Assembly (NCBI GenBank): GCA_963740355.1
Contig: CAVUDW010000003.1
Location: 2,016,001 to 2,080,000, forward strand
Reading direction: 5' to 3'
DNA length: 64,000 bases
Source of the DNA: an uncultured Gemmatimonadaceae bacterium
GTDB taxonomy: Bacteria; Gemmatimonadota; Gemmatimonadetes; Gemmatimonadales; Gemmatimonadaceae
This document shows positions 41,637-51,152 of this stretch, piece by piece. The notes beneath the pieces are model-generated. The model searched no databases. It was not told the origin of the DNA and saw only the letters and a list, made by a program, of their open reading frames with translations. Every line of letters starts with the position of its first letter. Position 1 is the first letter of the stretch. The position numbers were made by a program, and so were the translations under genes.

Positions 41637-43555
41637 CACCCCGGGTCTACGCCCTCCTGGTGGGCATCAACGACTACGTCGCCGTGCCCAAGCTGCATGG
41701 CTGCGTCGCGGACATCTCGGCCGTGGAAGCACTGCTGTCCTCACGCATCCCGAAGGACGCGCTCGACATGCAGGTCTTGCATGACGACAATGCGACCCGC
41801 GCCGGCATCATCGACGGATTCCGGACTCACCTGCGAAAGGCCGCGGCGGACGACATCGCGGTGTTCTACTTCTGTGGCCACGGATCGCAGGAGAATTGCC
41901 CGCCGGAGTGGCTCCCGCTCGAGCCAACGAGCAAGAACCAGACGATCGTGCCGGTGGACGCCCGAACCGGCGACGTGTTCGACATCGCGGACAAGGAGTT
42001 GAGTGCGCTGATCCACGAAGTGGCAGCAGGTGGTGCACAGGTGGTGACGATCTTCGACTCGTGTCACTCCGGTGGCGTGACACGTGATATCGACGACACG
42101 ACGCTCGGGCATGAGAGCCCCGTGCGCATGACTGCCGCCAGCACCGGGCGGACGCGAACACTCGCCGACTATCTCGATCTCGCACGCACCCTGTACGACC
42201 CGACGCGCATCGCCGCCGAGGGGCCACCCGATCCCAGTCATATCGCGATCTCGGCCTGTCAGTACGACCAGACGGCGAAGGAATTCCCGATACAGCCACC
42301 GCGCCGCGGTGCGTTCACGCAGGCGTTCGAAGAGGCAGCGAGTTCGCTCGGCCCGTCTGCGAGCTACATCGATCTCGTCACAGCGGTCCGCACGAGAGTG
42401 CGTGATCGCGCCACGGACCAGATGCCGAGCCTCTCAGTGATTGGCAAGGCCGACGGTGCCTCGATCTTCATGGCAGGGCATGTCGGGCGGCGGGACCTCA
42501 CCTTGGACATCGATTCGACCGGAGCATGGTGGTTGTCGTCGGGATCGATCACCGGTATTCCGCCAACTGAAAGCGGCAACGTCACCTCCGTCGCCATTTT
42601 CCCGCGAGGCGCCTTCGACTCGCCTGCCGCGACACCTGCGCCGATTGCGACAGCGACCATCGATCTCGTCACCGCCGATCGTGCACGTTTGAAGTTGGGC
42701 AGCAATTCAGCACCGCTTGATGCCGCACAGCAGTACCTCGGTACAATTTCTGGTATGGGTACGCCGCCCCTCAATGTCGTCGTTACTGGGGCGGTGGCCG
42801 AGCAGACTGCGGCAGTCACGACGGTCCTGGCCGGGCGCAGTGGGCTGTTCGCCGTGAATGCGACGGCGACATCGAGCTTGCCGACGGTCACCGTTCGTGT
42901 CGATGCGACAACAGCCACGATCCACGACGCCGATGGCGCGCCATTGCCGAACCAGCAGTTCACGCTCGAAGCCGCGGGGCTGCAGTCGCTCGCCAACGCC
43001 TGTGATCATCTCGCGAAGTGGTACGGCACGCGCGATCGCACGCCGATCGCATCGACGCTCAACGGCAGGGTGACGATCGACGTCGTGCCCGTCGCGCCCG
43101 GTGAGACGACGGTTCCTCCTGATCGCGCTGCTGTCGCTCCCACCAATGGCACGGTCGTGCTGCGCTACACGGGTGACCAGCCGCCGGTGGTGCAGTTCCG
43201 GCTCAAGAACACGTCGGGAGTGCGGTTGTATGTCGCACTCCTCGACCTCACCGATTCGTATGGATGCTCGGTGAAGTTCAGCGATTGGATTCCCGCCGGC
43301 GGCACGGCGCTCGCCGGTGGCGGCAAGACGTACAAGATGAGCTTTGCCGCGTGGCGGGATCCGTCGTTCACGGTCACGACCGACATCATGAAGCTCTTCG
43401 CCGCCACCAGTGATTTCAGCACGACGCAGCTCGTGCTCGAATCGCTGTTGAAGCCGAAGGTGGTGGGCGGGACGCGGGAAGCGGTGGAGGAGGAAGAGGA
43501 GCCGGACACGTCCTTTTGGGGGACGACGGCGGTTGTCGTGGAGACGCGGCGGTAG
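41633..43555 (+). CDS. Metacaspase-like C14 protease with C-terminal DUF4384-like domain (paralogue)
   Basis: YALLVGINDY..LHGCVADI, FYFCGHGS, IFDSCHSG, ISAC, GAFT, QMP; ATGA overlap with upstream stop. Confidence 0.9.
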   Translation: MTPRVYALLVGINDYVAVPKLHGCVADISAVEALLSSRIPKDALDMQVLHDDNATRAGIIDGFRTHLRKAAADDIAVFYFCGHGSQENCPPEWLPLEPTSKNQTIVPVDARTGDVFDIADKELSALIHEVAAGGAQVVTIFDSCHSGGVTRDIDDTTLGHESPVRMTAASTGRTRTLADYLDLARTLYDPTRIAAEGPPDPSHIAISACQYDQTAKEFPIQPPRRGAFTQAFEEAASSLGPSASYIDLVTAVRTRVRDRATDQMPSLSVIGKADGASIFMAGHVGRRDLTLDIDSTGAWWLSSGSITGIPPTESGNVTSVAIFPRGAFDSPAATPAPIATATIDLVTADRARLKLGSNSAPLDAAQQYLGTISGMGTPPLNVVVTGAVAEQTAAVTTVLAGRSGLFAVNATATSSLPTVTVRVDATTATIHDADGAPLPNQQFTLEAAGLQSLANACDHLAKWYGTRDRTPIASTLNGRVTIDVVPVAPGETTVPPDRAAVAPTNGTVVLRYTGDQPPVVQFRLKNTSGVRLYVALLDLTDSYGCSVKFSDWIPAGGTALAGGGKTYKMSFAAWRDPSFTVTTDIMKLFAATSDFSTTQLVLESLLKPKVVGGTREAVEEEEEPDTSFWGTTAVVVETRR

Positions 43556-43568
43556 GGCGGGCGCAGAA

Positions 43569-45587
43569 TCAGCGTGGTCTTTCGACTAACTGTGGTTGCG
43601 CGCGACCTGCTGCCTGCAGACCGTTGCCGAGTGCGCCGAAGACGTTGGAGCCCCAGCACCAGGCCTTGCCGCTCGCGCTGAAGGCGCAGGCGTGGCGAAA
43701 GCCGACGCTGATCGACGTAAAGTTACCTGCTGGTTGATTTGGGATCAGCTTCGGTGCGAACTCGACTCCGAGCGCGTCGCTTCCGCTCTGCCGCCATTGG
43801 TTGCTGCCCCAGCAGTACGCCGCACCCGAGGATTCCAGTGCGCATGTGTGTGAGGAGACGGCGTCTCCGCCTGCTACCACGTACGCGAGTGGCGACGAGG
43901 AAGCAACAGTAGTTGGCGTCGTGACGAATCCGACGTTCGAGTTGATGCCAAGCTGGCCACTTGAATTGTCGCCCCAGCACTGCGCCACACCGTTCGCTCG
44001 AAGTCCACATGTATGCTTATAGCCTGCACTGACCGACACATACGGGCCGCCCAAAACTGTGTCCGTCAATGCGTCAGTGCTCTGCAACGTACCGAGTCCG
44101 AGTTGCCCACGGTCATTGGCGCCCCAACAGAAAGTCCGTCCCGCTACCGTGACGGCACATGTGTGAAATCCGCCGGCGGCGATCGATCGAAATGTTGTAT
44201 CCGGATAGATCGGAATGGGAGTCGTCGAGTTCACACGGCGCGCGTCGCCGAGCTGCCCTGTCGAGTCACGCCCCCAACAGAACGCCTTGCCTGCCGCCGT
44301 CAACGCGCACGCATGGTTGGCACCCGCAGAGATCGAGTCGAAACGTTCGCTGCGCACGGTCACGAGGCGCGGCGTAGTGCCGCCACCCGGCGACGAACCG
44401 TTGCCGATCTGGCCGTACGTGTCCGATCCCCAGCAATAGGTCGAACGATCGGTCGTGATTCCGCACGCGAAGTTGCCGCCGAGCGAAATTGTCTTGAAAG
44501 AGAGTGTATTCGTCGAGTCGTGCTTCGGTGAAAGTGAGCAGGCGAAGCGAACGGGTGAGGGGGCTTCGAAGGAATCGAAACAGAGGCTATCCCCAGCAGT
44601 CGCAAGCTGCCCGAGATCTCCCTTGCCCCAGCAATAGAGACGTCCGGTGACCGTCGTTCCGCAGGAGAAGTCGCCCCCTGCTCGGACCGTGACCAGGTCG
44701 CGTTCGAGCACCGTGAGCGTGATCGAGGCGGTCCGGAATCCAGAGGCCGCCGAGATCGTAACAGCGCCCGCACTCCGGGTAATCACGCGTCCCGATGTAT
44801 CGACAGTCGCAACCGTGTTGTCCGAGGTCGTCCAGACGAACTTCCGCCCCGCGACTGCACGATCGTCGTACCCGCGTGCCGTCGCCTTGACGATCACCGT
44901 ATCCGAGGCGAGGACCTGCGTCACGGGCGTGGTCAAGGCGATGTCCTTGATCACCGGAAGGACGGTGACAGTCCCGGAGCCGGCCGCGGAAATTGCCGAC
45001 GCGGTCAGGCCCGCAACGCCTGGCGCCACCGCGTGGACAGTGCCGGTCGAATCGACGGTCGCCACGGTTGGGGCGAGCGAGGTCCAGACGAAGCGTGTCC
45101 CGGCAACTGCCTTCGCACTGTCGTCGAAAGCCGTCGCCACGAATCGAAGGGAGTCCGCACGGACGATCGGGTCATCCACGATGATCGTGTCGCTCCGCGG
45201 CGTGACGGTGACCCGTTGTGCGGCGCGAGCGATCACAATCGTGGCGTATCCCTTCACGCGCGCACTGGCCGCAATGCGCACCGTGCCGAGATTGACCGGC
45301 CGGACCACACCCGCCTCGTTGACCACCGCGACCGAGGAGTCCTCGGTGAGCCAGATCACCCGCCCGCCGGTGATCGTCTGGAAGTCGGTGCCGACGATGC
45401 GTGCTGACAGCTGCCGCTGGTCGGTCGGGCGCAATGTGTCCGCCACGAAGATCGTATCCACTTCCGGCGTCACGTCGACGCGCAGAACGCTGGAGCCGGT
45501 CAGGCCTGGATCAATCGGGCCAGTATCCGCATCACAACCTGCAAGTGTCAGCGCGAGGCCGAGGGAGAGGAGAGCGCCGCGAGTCAT
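43569..45587 (-). CDS. Lipoprotein with Ig-like (Big_2) repeats and RCC1 beta-propeller
   Basis: Lipobox LAGC; three W.S....VATVD..G.V repeats; seven AG..H.C....G...CWG repeats. Confidence 0.9.
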   Translation of the reverse strand: MTRGALLSLGLALTLAGCDADTGPIDPGLTGSSVLRVDVTPEVDTIFVADTLRPTDQRQLSARIVGTDFQTITGGRVIWLTEDSSVAVVNEAGVVRPVNLGTVRIAASARVKGYATIVIARAAQRVTVTPRSDTIIVDDPIVRADSLRFVATAFDDSAKAVAGTRFVWTSLAPTVATVDSTGTVHAVAPGVAGLTASAISAAGSGTVTVLPVIKDIALTTPVTQVLASDTVIVKATARGYDDRAVAGRKFVWTTSDNTVATVDTSGRVITRSAGAVTISAASGFRTASITLTVLERDLVTVRAGGDFSCGTTVTGRLYCWGKGDLGQLATAGDSLCFDSFEAPSPVRFACSLSPKHDSTNTLSFKTISLGGNFACGITTDRSTYCWGSDTYGQIGNGSSPGGGTTPRLVTVRSERFDSISAGANHACALTAAGKAFCWGRDSTGQLGDARRVNSTTPIPIYPDTTFRSIAAGGFHTCAVTVAGRTFCWGANDRGQLGLGTLQSTDALTDTVLGGPYVSVSAGYKHTCGLRANGVAQCWGDNSSGQLGINSNVGFVTTPTTVASSSPLAYVVAGGDAVSSHTCALESSGAAYCWGSNQWRQSGSDALGVEFAPKLIPNQPAGNFTSISVGFRHACAFSASGKAWCWGSNVFGALGNGLQAAGRAQPQLVERPR

Positions 45588-45889
45588 CGATTTTCCGAGG
45601 GGAGAGTCCGTTCCGATCAGCTGAGCTGAGCCGACGCAAAGGTTCGATACGAGTCGAAGCCTTTGCACGGATCAGACCGGAACGCCGATCGGCGCGGCAC
45701 GTCCACCCCCTCCTCTACAGCGACGCTGCTTTGAGCGCCACACTGTCCGCGGCTCGTCTCGGATTGTGGCAGCTTCGCTACGAAAGTGCAGCGCACTCAA
45801 AGGATGGCTGCATCCCTACTAGGAATATTCTGCTAATATATCAAAACATCGTGCGTGACATATCACGCCGGAATCCTCTGCGAGGCCCG

Positions 45890-46252
45890 CTACGCTGGCG
45901 ATATCTCCCCCATCGAGAAATACACCGCCTTCCCATTGCTCCGCGCCAACTCCACCATCTCGTCCGCCCCCGCACTCGCCCCACCAATCCGCAGGCACCC
46001 GTCACACTTCGCCACCAGCCGACGCGAAATGGGGTGAAAGATCTCGTTGAACACGGGATCCCCGATCCCGGTCGAGCCACCATGCTCGATCAGCGGCAAT
46101 GCAAACCACTCGCCCATCACCGGGAGATGGCCGGCTCGAAAGAGCTGCAGCGACGCCTCGGTCATCGCCTCGACGTTCTTCGCGATCAGGGTCGGATCGT
46201 CATTCGTGCCCGAGCGATAGGGGCCGGCGACGAGGATCATCTGGACAGGCAT
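45890..46252 (-). CDS. DUF4406-like small protein (nucleoside deoxyribosyltransferase-like fold)
   Basis: ILVAGPYRSG, GEWFALP, CDGCLRIGGASAGADEM. Confidence 0.7.
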   Translation of the reverse strand: MPVQMILVAGPYRSGTNDDPTLIAKNVEAMTEASLQLFRAGHLPVMGEWFALPLIEHGGSTGIGDPVFNEIFHPISRRLVAKCDGCLRIGGASAGADEMVELARSNGKAVYFSMGEISPA

Positions 46253-46378
46253 GCGTGCTCGGTTGAAGGAGTGAAGCGGCCGCACCGCGCGTGGCTCTAA
46301 GGGAGCGCGAGGCAGAAGGCGTCAGGACGCACACTGGACGTGCTCGTGCCCGACGCACCGTACTACGGCACCAGTCAG

Positions 46379-46768
46379 TCACACCGTCAGCTCGATCCGG
46401 TTGCCGTCAGGATCGAGCGCGACACTCTCGTAATAGCCGTCGCCGGTGCGCCGCGGCCCGTCGAGAATCGGATAGCCGTCCGCGCGCAACCGCGTCGTCA
46501 TCGCATCGACCGCCGATTCGGCCCCAAGCGCGATCGCGAAATGGGCGAGACCATGGCGCTGCGCCCCCGGCTCGGCGGACACCAGCGACAGGGTGCTGGT
46601 CGTCATCACCTCGAGCCGCGCCCCATCGCCGAACGACAGGAACCGCGACTCGAAGCCCTTCTTCTCGTTGCAGTACAACTCGCCGACCACCGCGCCGAAA
46701 TACTTCGCGTAGAACGCCGTGCACCGATCGAGGTCGGTCGTCCAGACAGCCAGATGATCGATGCGCAT
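46379..46768 (-). CDS. VOC/glyoxalase family protein
   Basis: IDHLAVW, RLEVM, GLAHFA, PRRTGDGYYES, DPDGNRIE. Confidence 0.9.
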   Translation of the reverse strand: MRIDHLAVWTTDLDRCTAFYAKYFGAVVGELYCNEKKGFESRFLSFGDGARLEVMTTSTLSLVSAEPGAQRHGLAHFAIALGAESAVDAMTTRLRADGYPILDGPRRTGDGYYESVALDPDGNRIELTV

Positions 46769-46800
46769 CGCAGGCGGCTCCGTGCAAGGGTCGTGGTGCG

Positions 46801-49800
46801 TCAAATCTCGAGGTGGTCACCCTCGCGCGCCACCATCTCATACAACACTGGCATCAGGAAGACGCTGATCAGCAACCGCGAGAACAGGCCGCCGATGATC
46901 ACCAGCGCAAAGGGCCGCTGCGAATCGGTGCCGACACCGGTGGCCAGTGCCGCCGGCAACAGGCCGAACGCCGCCACCAGCGCAGTCATCATGATCGGGC
47001 GCAGGCGCAGCAGCGCCGCCTCGCGCGTGGCTTGCACAATCCCCGTCCCAGCCAGGCGGAGCTCGTTGGCGCACGAGATGTAGACCACGGCCGTCTGCAC
47101 CGAGACACCGAACAGGGCCAGGAATCCAATGCCCGACGACACCGAGAAGGGTGTGCCGGTCACGATCAGTGCCACCATCCCGCCGATCGGCCCCGACAGG
47201 ATCACGCCCAGCAGCGTGATGACCGGGAACTTCACGTTGTGATAAAGCCCGAACAGCAACAGGAAGATCAGCGCGATCGTGATCGGCAGCACTACCTGCA
47301 ACTGGCTCCGCGACGCCTCGTACTCTTCGTATTCCCCGCCCCACGCCGCGCGATACCCGATCGGGAAACTCACCACCTTGTTCACCTCACGCTGCGCCTG
47401 TTGCACGGCACCAGCCAGGTCACGCCCCTCCACCGAATACTGGATGCCGATGTAGCGACTGCTGTTCTGCCGATAAATGAACGAGGCGCCGTTGCTGATC
47501 TGCAGTGTTGCCACCTCGCGCAGCGGCACCTGGCTCCCCGACGGCGTCGCCACCAGGATGTTGCCGATCGCTTCCGGCGACTGCCTGAACTGCGGCTGCA
47601 AGCGCACCACCAGATCGAAGGTCTGCTCGCCCTGCACCACCTGCGTCGCCGCCGCACCTCCCACCGCAGCCTCGATCAAGCCGTTCACCGTCGCTGCGCT
47701 GAGCCCGAATCGGGCCATCTTCTCGCGGTCGAGCTGGATGGTGAGTGCCGGCTGCCCGAACTCCTGCACCAACGTCACGTGCGTGATGCCCGGCACCTTC
47801 TCCAGCACATGCTTGACCTCCATCCCCTTCGCCTCGAGTGTGCCGAGGTCGGTGCCGAAAACCTTCACGTCCAGCGCGCTCTTGAGGCCTGTCTCCGCTT
47901 CGTCGACCGCGTCTTCGGCGGGCTGCGTGAAGTTGAACTGGATGCCGGGGAAGACCTGCAGCTTCTCGTTCACCCGCGCAATCAGCGCCGCCTTCGTCCG
48001 ATACGCGCCGGTCCACTCCGAGTACGGCTTCAGCCCGACATAAAACTCGGCATTGAAAAATCCCGTCGGATCGGTGCCGGCGTCGTCACGACCATGCTCC
48101 GATGCGACAGTCGTCACTTCGGGGAACGTCGCCAGGATTCGCCGCACCTCGGGCACGATCTTCGCGCTCTCCTCGAACGAGATGGTGTACGGCATGGTCG
48201 CGCGCACCCACATCGCCCCTTCATCGAGCTTCGGCATGAACTCGCCGCCTACGCGAAACGTCAGCGCCGCGGCAATCACGAACAGCGCCGTGCTCACGCC
48301 AACCACCGTGCGGCGATGCGCCAGGCTCCAGTCGAGCAGCGTCTCGTAGCGATCGCGAAGCCAGTCGAAGGCCAGGTTGCGCCGCTCCTTCACGCCACCG
48401 CGCAGCAGCCAGGTGCACAACACCGGCACCACGGTCAGGGTCAGCAGCAACGCACCAAGCAGCGCGAAGATCGTGGTATCCGCCATCGGCGCGAACAACT
48501 TGCCCGATGGACCGTTCAGCACATAGATCGGCAGGAACCCGGCCACGATCACCGCCACCGCATACACGATCGGCCGATCGACCTCCGACGCGGCCCCGAT
48601 GATCACCTCCTTCAACGAATACTGCGTGCCCTGTCGCCGCGCGATCTGTCGGTGGATGTTTTCCACCATCACCACCGCGCCGTCCACGAGGATGCCGAAG
48701 TCGATCGCGCCAATCGACAGCAGGTTGGCCGGGATGTGCCGCAGGTCGAGGCAGATGAACGCGAAGCAGAGCGACAGCGGAATCGTCAGCGCCACGATCA
48801 AGCCAGCCCGCACGTCCATCAGGAAGAACACCAGCACCACGATCACCAGCACGATGCCGCGGACCAGGTTGTCCTCGACAGTCTTGGTCGTGAGGGCGAT
48901 CAGGTCTCGACGATCATAGTATGTCCGGATCTTGACATCCTTCGGCAGCACATGGTCGTTGAGGTCACGCGTCGTGGCCTCGACATGCTCCAGCACCACC
49001 TGCGCCTGCTCACCCACCCGCAGCAGGATGATCCCTTCCACGGCATCGTTGCGGGTGTTAAAGCCGAACTGGCCGAGTCGCGGCGCCTGCCCGATCTCCA
49101 CGCGTCCTACGTCCTTCACCAGAATCGGAATGCCGTTCTTGGTCGTGATCACGACGTTGCCGATATCCGCCAGCGTCGCGACACGCCCCAGACCGCGCAC
49201 GTAGAAGAACTGCCCGCCCTGCGTGTAGAACCCACCACCCGCGTTGTCATTGTTGTCGCCGAGTGCCGACGTCACGTCGGACACCGACAATCCGGCGCCG
49301 GCCAGCTTCGATGGATCGATCAGGACCTGATACTCCATCGTCTCGCCGCCCAACCCACCCAGGTCAGCGACACCGGGTACCGCCTTGTAAGCCTTCGACA
49401 GGATCCAGTCGTTGATGACCTTCAGTTCCATCGCCGATCGATCCGGACTTTCGAGCACGTAGCGGTAGACGAGACCCGAGGGCGAGAACAACGGCTCGAC
49501 GCCCGCCGACACACCGTCTGGCAGCGCCACATCGGGGATGTGCTCGAAGGCCCGCTGTCGTGCGAAGTACGGGTCGGTGCCATCCTGGAACGTCAGCACC
49601 ACATGCGACAGGCCGTAGAGCGATACCGAGCGCACGACCTTCACCCGTTCGATCCCATTCGTCTCGCGCTCGATCGGCAGCGTCACCAGTCGTTCGACTT
49701 CCTCCGCCGCATGTCCGGGCCACGCGGTCGTGATCGACACCAATGGCGGCGAGAGGTCTGGATACGCATCCACCGGCAACCGACGGAACGACCAGATGCC

Positions 49801-49977
49801 AACGGCCAGCAACGTGAGGGTAAAGATCGCCGTCAGGAATCGCTGGTTGAGCGCGGCCCGCACGATCTTGTTGGCGAACGAGGGCGGTCCGACATGTGTG
49901 TTCTCGCGCGACGCCTCAGCGGCATCGAGTTCGGCGTGCCCAGATGGGCCAGCTGACGAATCGTCGGCGGCACTCAT
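46801..49977 (-). CDS. czcA: Heavy-metal efflux RND permease (CzcA/CusA family, CzcA-type TM4)
   Basis: LPVDAYPD, AIDFGILVDGAVVMVEN, GKLFAPMA, EFMPKLDEG, RLRPIMMT. Confidence 0.9.
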   Translation of the reverse strand: MSAADDSSAGPSGHAELDAAEASRENTHVGPPSFANKIVRAALNQRFLTAIFTLTLLAVGIWSFRRLPVDAYPDLSPPLVSITTAWPGHAAEEVERLVTLPIERETNGIERVKVVRSVSLYGLSHVVLTFQDGTDPYFARQRAFEHIPDVALPDGVSAGVEPLFSPSGLVYRYVLESPDRSAMELKVINDWILSKAYKAVPGVADLGGLGGETMEYQVLIDPSKLAGAGLSVSDVTSALGDNNDNAGGGFYTQGGQFFYVRGLGRVATLADIGNVVITTKNGIPILVKDVGRVEIGQAPRLGQFGFNTRNDAVEGIILLRVGEQAQVVLEHVEATTRDLNDHVLPKDVKIRTYYDRRDLIALTTKTVEDNLVRGIVLVIVVLVFFLMDVRAGLIVALTIPLSLCFAFICLDLRHIPANLLSIGAIDFGILVDGAVVMVENIHRQIARRQGTQYSLKEVIIGAASEVDRPIVYAVAVIVAGFLPIYVLNGPSGKLFAPMADTTIFALLGALLLTLTVVPVLCTWLLRGGVKERRNLAFDWLRDRYETLLDWSLAHRRTVVGVSTALFVIAAALTFRVGGEFMPKLDEGAMWVRATMPYTISFEESAKIVPEVRRILATFPEVTTVASEHGRDDAGTDPTGFFNAEFYVGLKPYSEWTGAYRTKAALIARVNEKLQVFPGIQFNFTQPAEDAVDEAETGLKSALDVKVFGTDLGTLEAKGMEVKHVLEKVPGITHVTLVQEFGQPALTIQLDREKMARFGLSAATVNGLIEAAVGGAAATQVVQGEQTFDLVVRLQPQFRQSPEAIGNILVATPSGSQVPLREVATLQISNGASFIYRQNSSRYIGIQYSVEGRDLAGAVQQAQREVNKVVSFPIGYRAAWGGEYEEYEASRSQLQVVLPITIALIFLLLFGLYHNVKFPVITLLGVILSGPIGGMVALIVTGTPFSVSSGIGFLALFGVSVQTAVVYISCANELRLAGTGIVQATREAALLRLRPIMMTALVAAFGLLPAALATGVGTDSQRPFALVIIGGLFSRLLISVFLMPVLYEMVAREGDHLEI

Positions 49978-51152
49978 TGATGCTCCGCGAACTGCACGAA
50001 CAGCGCGCCGTCGGCCAGCACGCGCTCGCCGGCCTTCACGCCACTCGCGACCTCGACACCACCGTCGACGCTGGCACCGATCGTGATGCGCCGGCGCGAG
50101 AAGCTCGAGTCACTGTTGGCGATGAACACGAACGGCAGGTTGTCGTCGTCGCGCAGGATCGCCGACGCCGGCAAGACCAGTCCCGTACGCGATCGCGCGC
50201 CATGCAAACGCACCCGCACGAACATGTCGCGCTTCAGCAACTGCCCCGGATTGGCGGCGAGGATGCGCACCGTGGTGGCACGCGTTCCCGGATCGACGAT
50301 CGGTGCCACGAAGTCCACATGTCCCTTGACCGGCGTGGCAGAGACGTCCGTCAACACGTCCACCGCCACACCATTGCGCACAGCCCCGATATCGTCGCCG
50401 TAGACACTCGCCAGCACCCACATCGACGACAGATCGGCAATCGTGAAGGCCGGCGTCGTACCAGCCTGCAACAGCTGGCCCGGGGTGATCAGCTTCTCCA
50501 CCACCTGGCCGCTGATCGGCGCCCGAATCGACCCTTCGATCAGCGGCACGGTCTTGCCTTCGTGAATCGCGGTGATCGTCGACTGCTCGATGCCCAGCGA
50601 ACGCAGTTGCTGCGCAGCGGCGTCACGGTCGGCATTGGCAGCGGCCGCATCGGTGCGCGATTGATCGAGGTCGCTACGCGCCAGGGCGTCATTCGCAAAC
50701 AGCTGCTCGTTGCGATCGAGGATGCGCGTGGCATTGCGCAGCATCGCTTCTGCCTTGCGATAGTCGGCCACAGCGGTCGCGAAGTCCGGCGATGACACGG
50801 TCGCCAACACCTGTCCGGCACCCACCCGCGTGCCGAGTTGCGCCACCAATCGCACCACCGGCCCGGAGATCGGCGAAATGACCTGCGTGCTGCGGTCACC
50901 GTTGAAGGCGACGGTTCCGGTGGCCTCGACCATCGGCGTGAAGGTGGTGTCGGCCACCGTGATCACCTGTAGCCGCGCGCGCTGCGCCGCCGTCACGCGG
51001 AAGGTCGAAGGATGCACCGCGGTGTCGCTGGCGTTGGCGGCCACGGTCGTCGCAGGCGAGGACTCGTCACCACCCTTGCACGCCACCACCATCGTGCCCA
51101 GGCCTGCCAGCGTCACGAGGCGACGCATCGTGAGCAATCCGAGATCAGTCAT
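49974..51152 (-). CDS. czcB: RND periplasmic adaptor (MFP)
   Basis: IRAPISG, IADLSSMWV, VDPGTR; lipobox-like VVAC; coupled to RND gene. Confidence 0.88.
   Translation of the reverse strand: MTDLGLLTMRRLVTLAGLGTMVVACKGGDESSPATTVAANASDTAVHPSTFRVTAAQRARLQVITVADTTFTPMVEATGTVAFNGDRSTQVISPISGPVVRLVAQLGTRVGAGQVLATVSSPDFATAVADYRKAEAMLRNATRILDRNEQLFANDALARSDLDQSRTDAAAANADRDAAAQQLRSLGIEQSTITAIHEGKTVPLIEGSIRAPISGQVVEKLITPGQLLQAGTTPAFTIADLSSMWVLASVYGDDIGAVRNGVAVDVLTDVSATPVKGHVDFVAPIVDPGTRATTVRILAANPGQLLKRDMFVRVRLHGARSRTGLVLPASAILRDDDNLPFVFIANSDSSFSRRRITIGASVDGGVEVASGVKAGERVLADGALFVQFAEHQ

Noticed and set aside
31933..43555. Gasdermin, CHAT/TPR or CBASS assignment for the caspase locus
   Set aside because: No ORF with recognisable gasdermin, CHAT or cyclase features in or beside the cluster
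46291..49956. 1221-aa + strand ORF
   Set aside because: Antisense shadow of the RND gene; Arg/His-rich with no domain motifs
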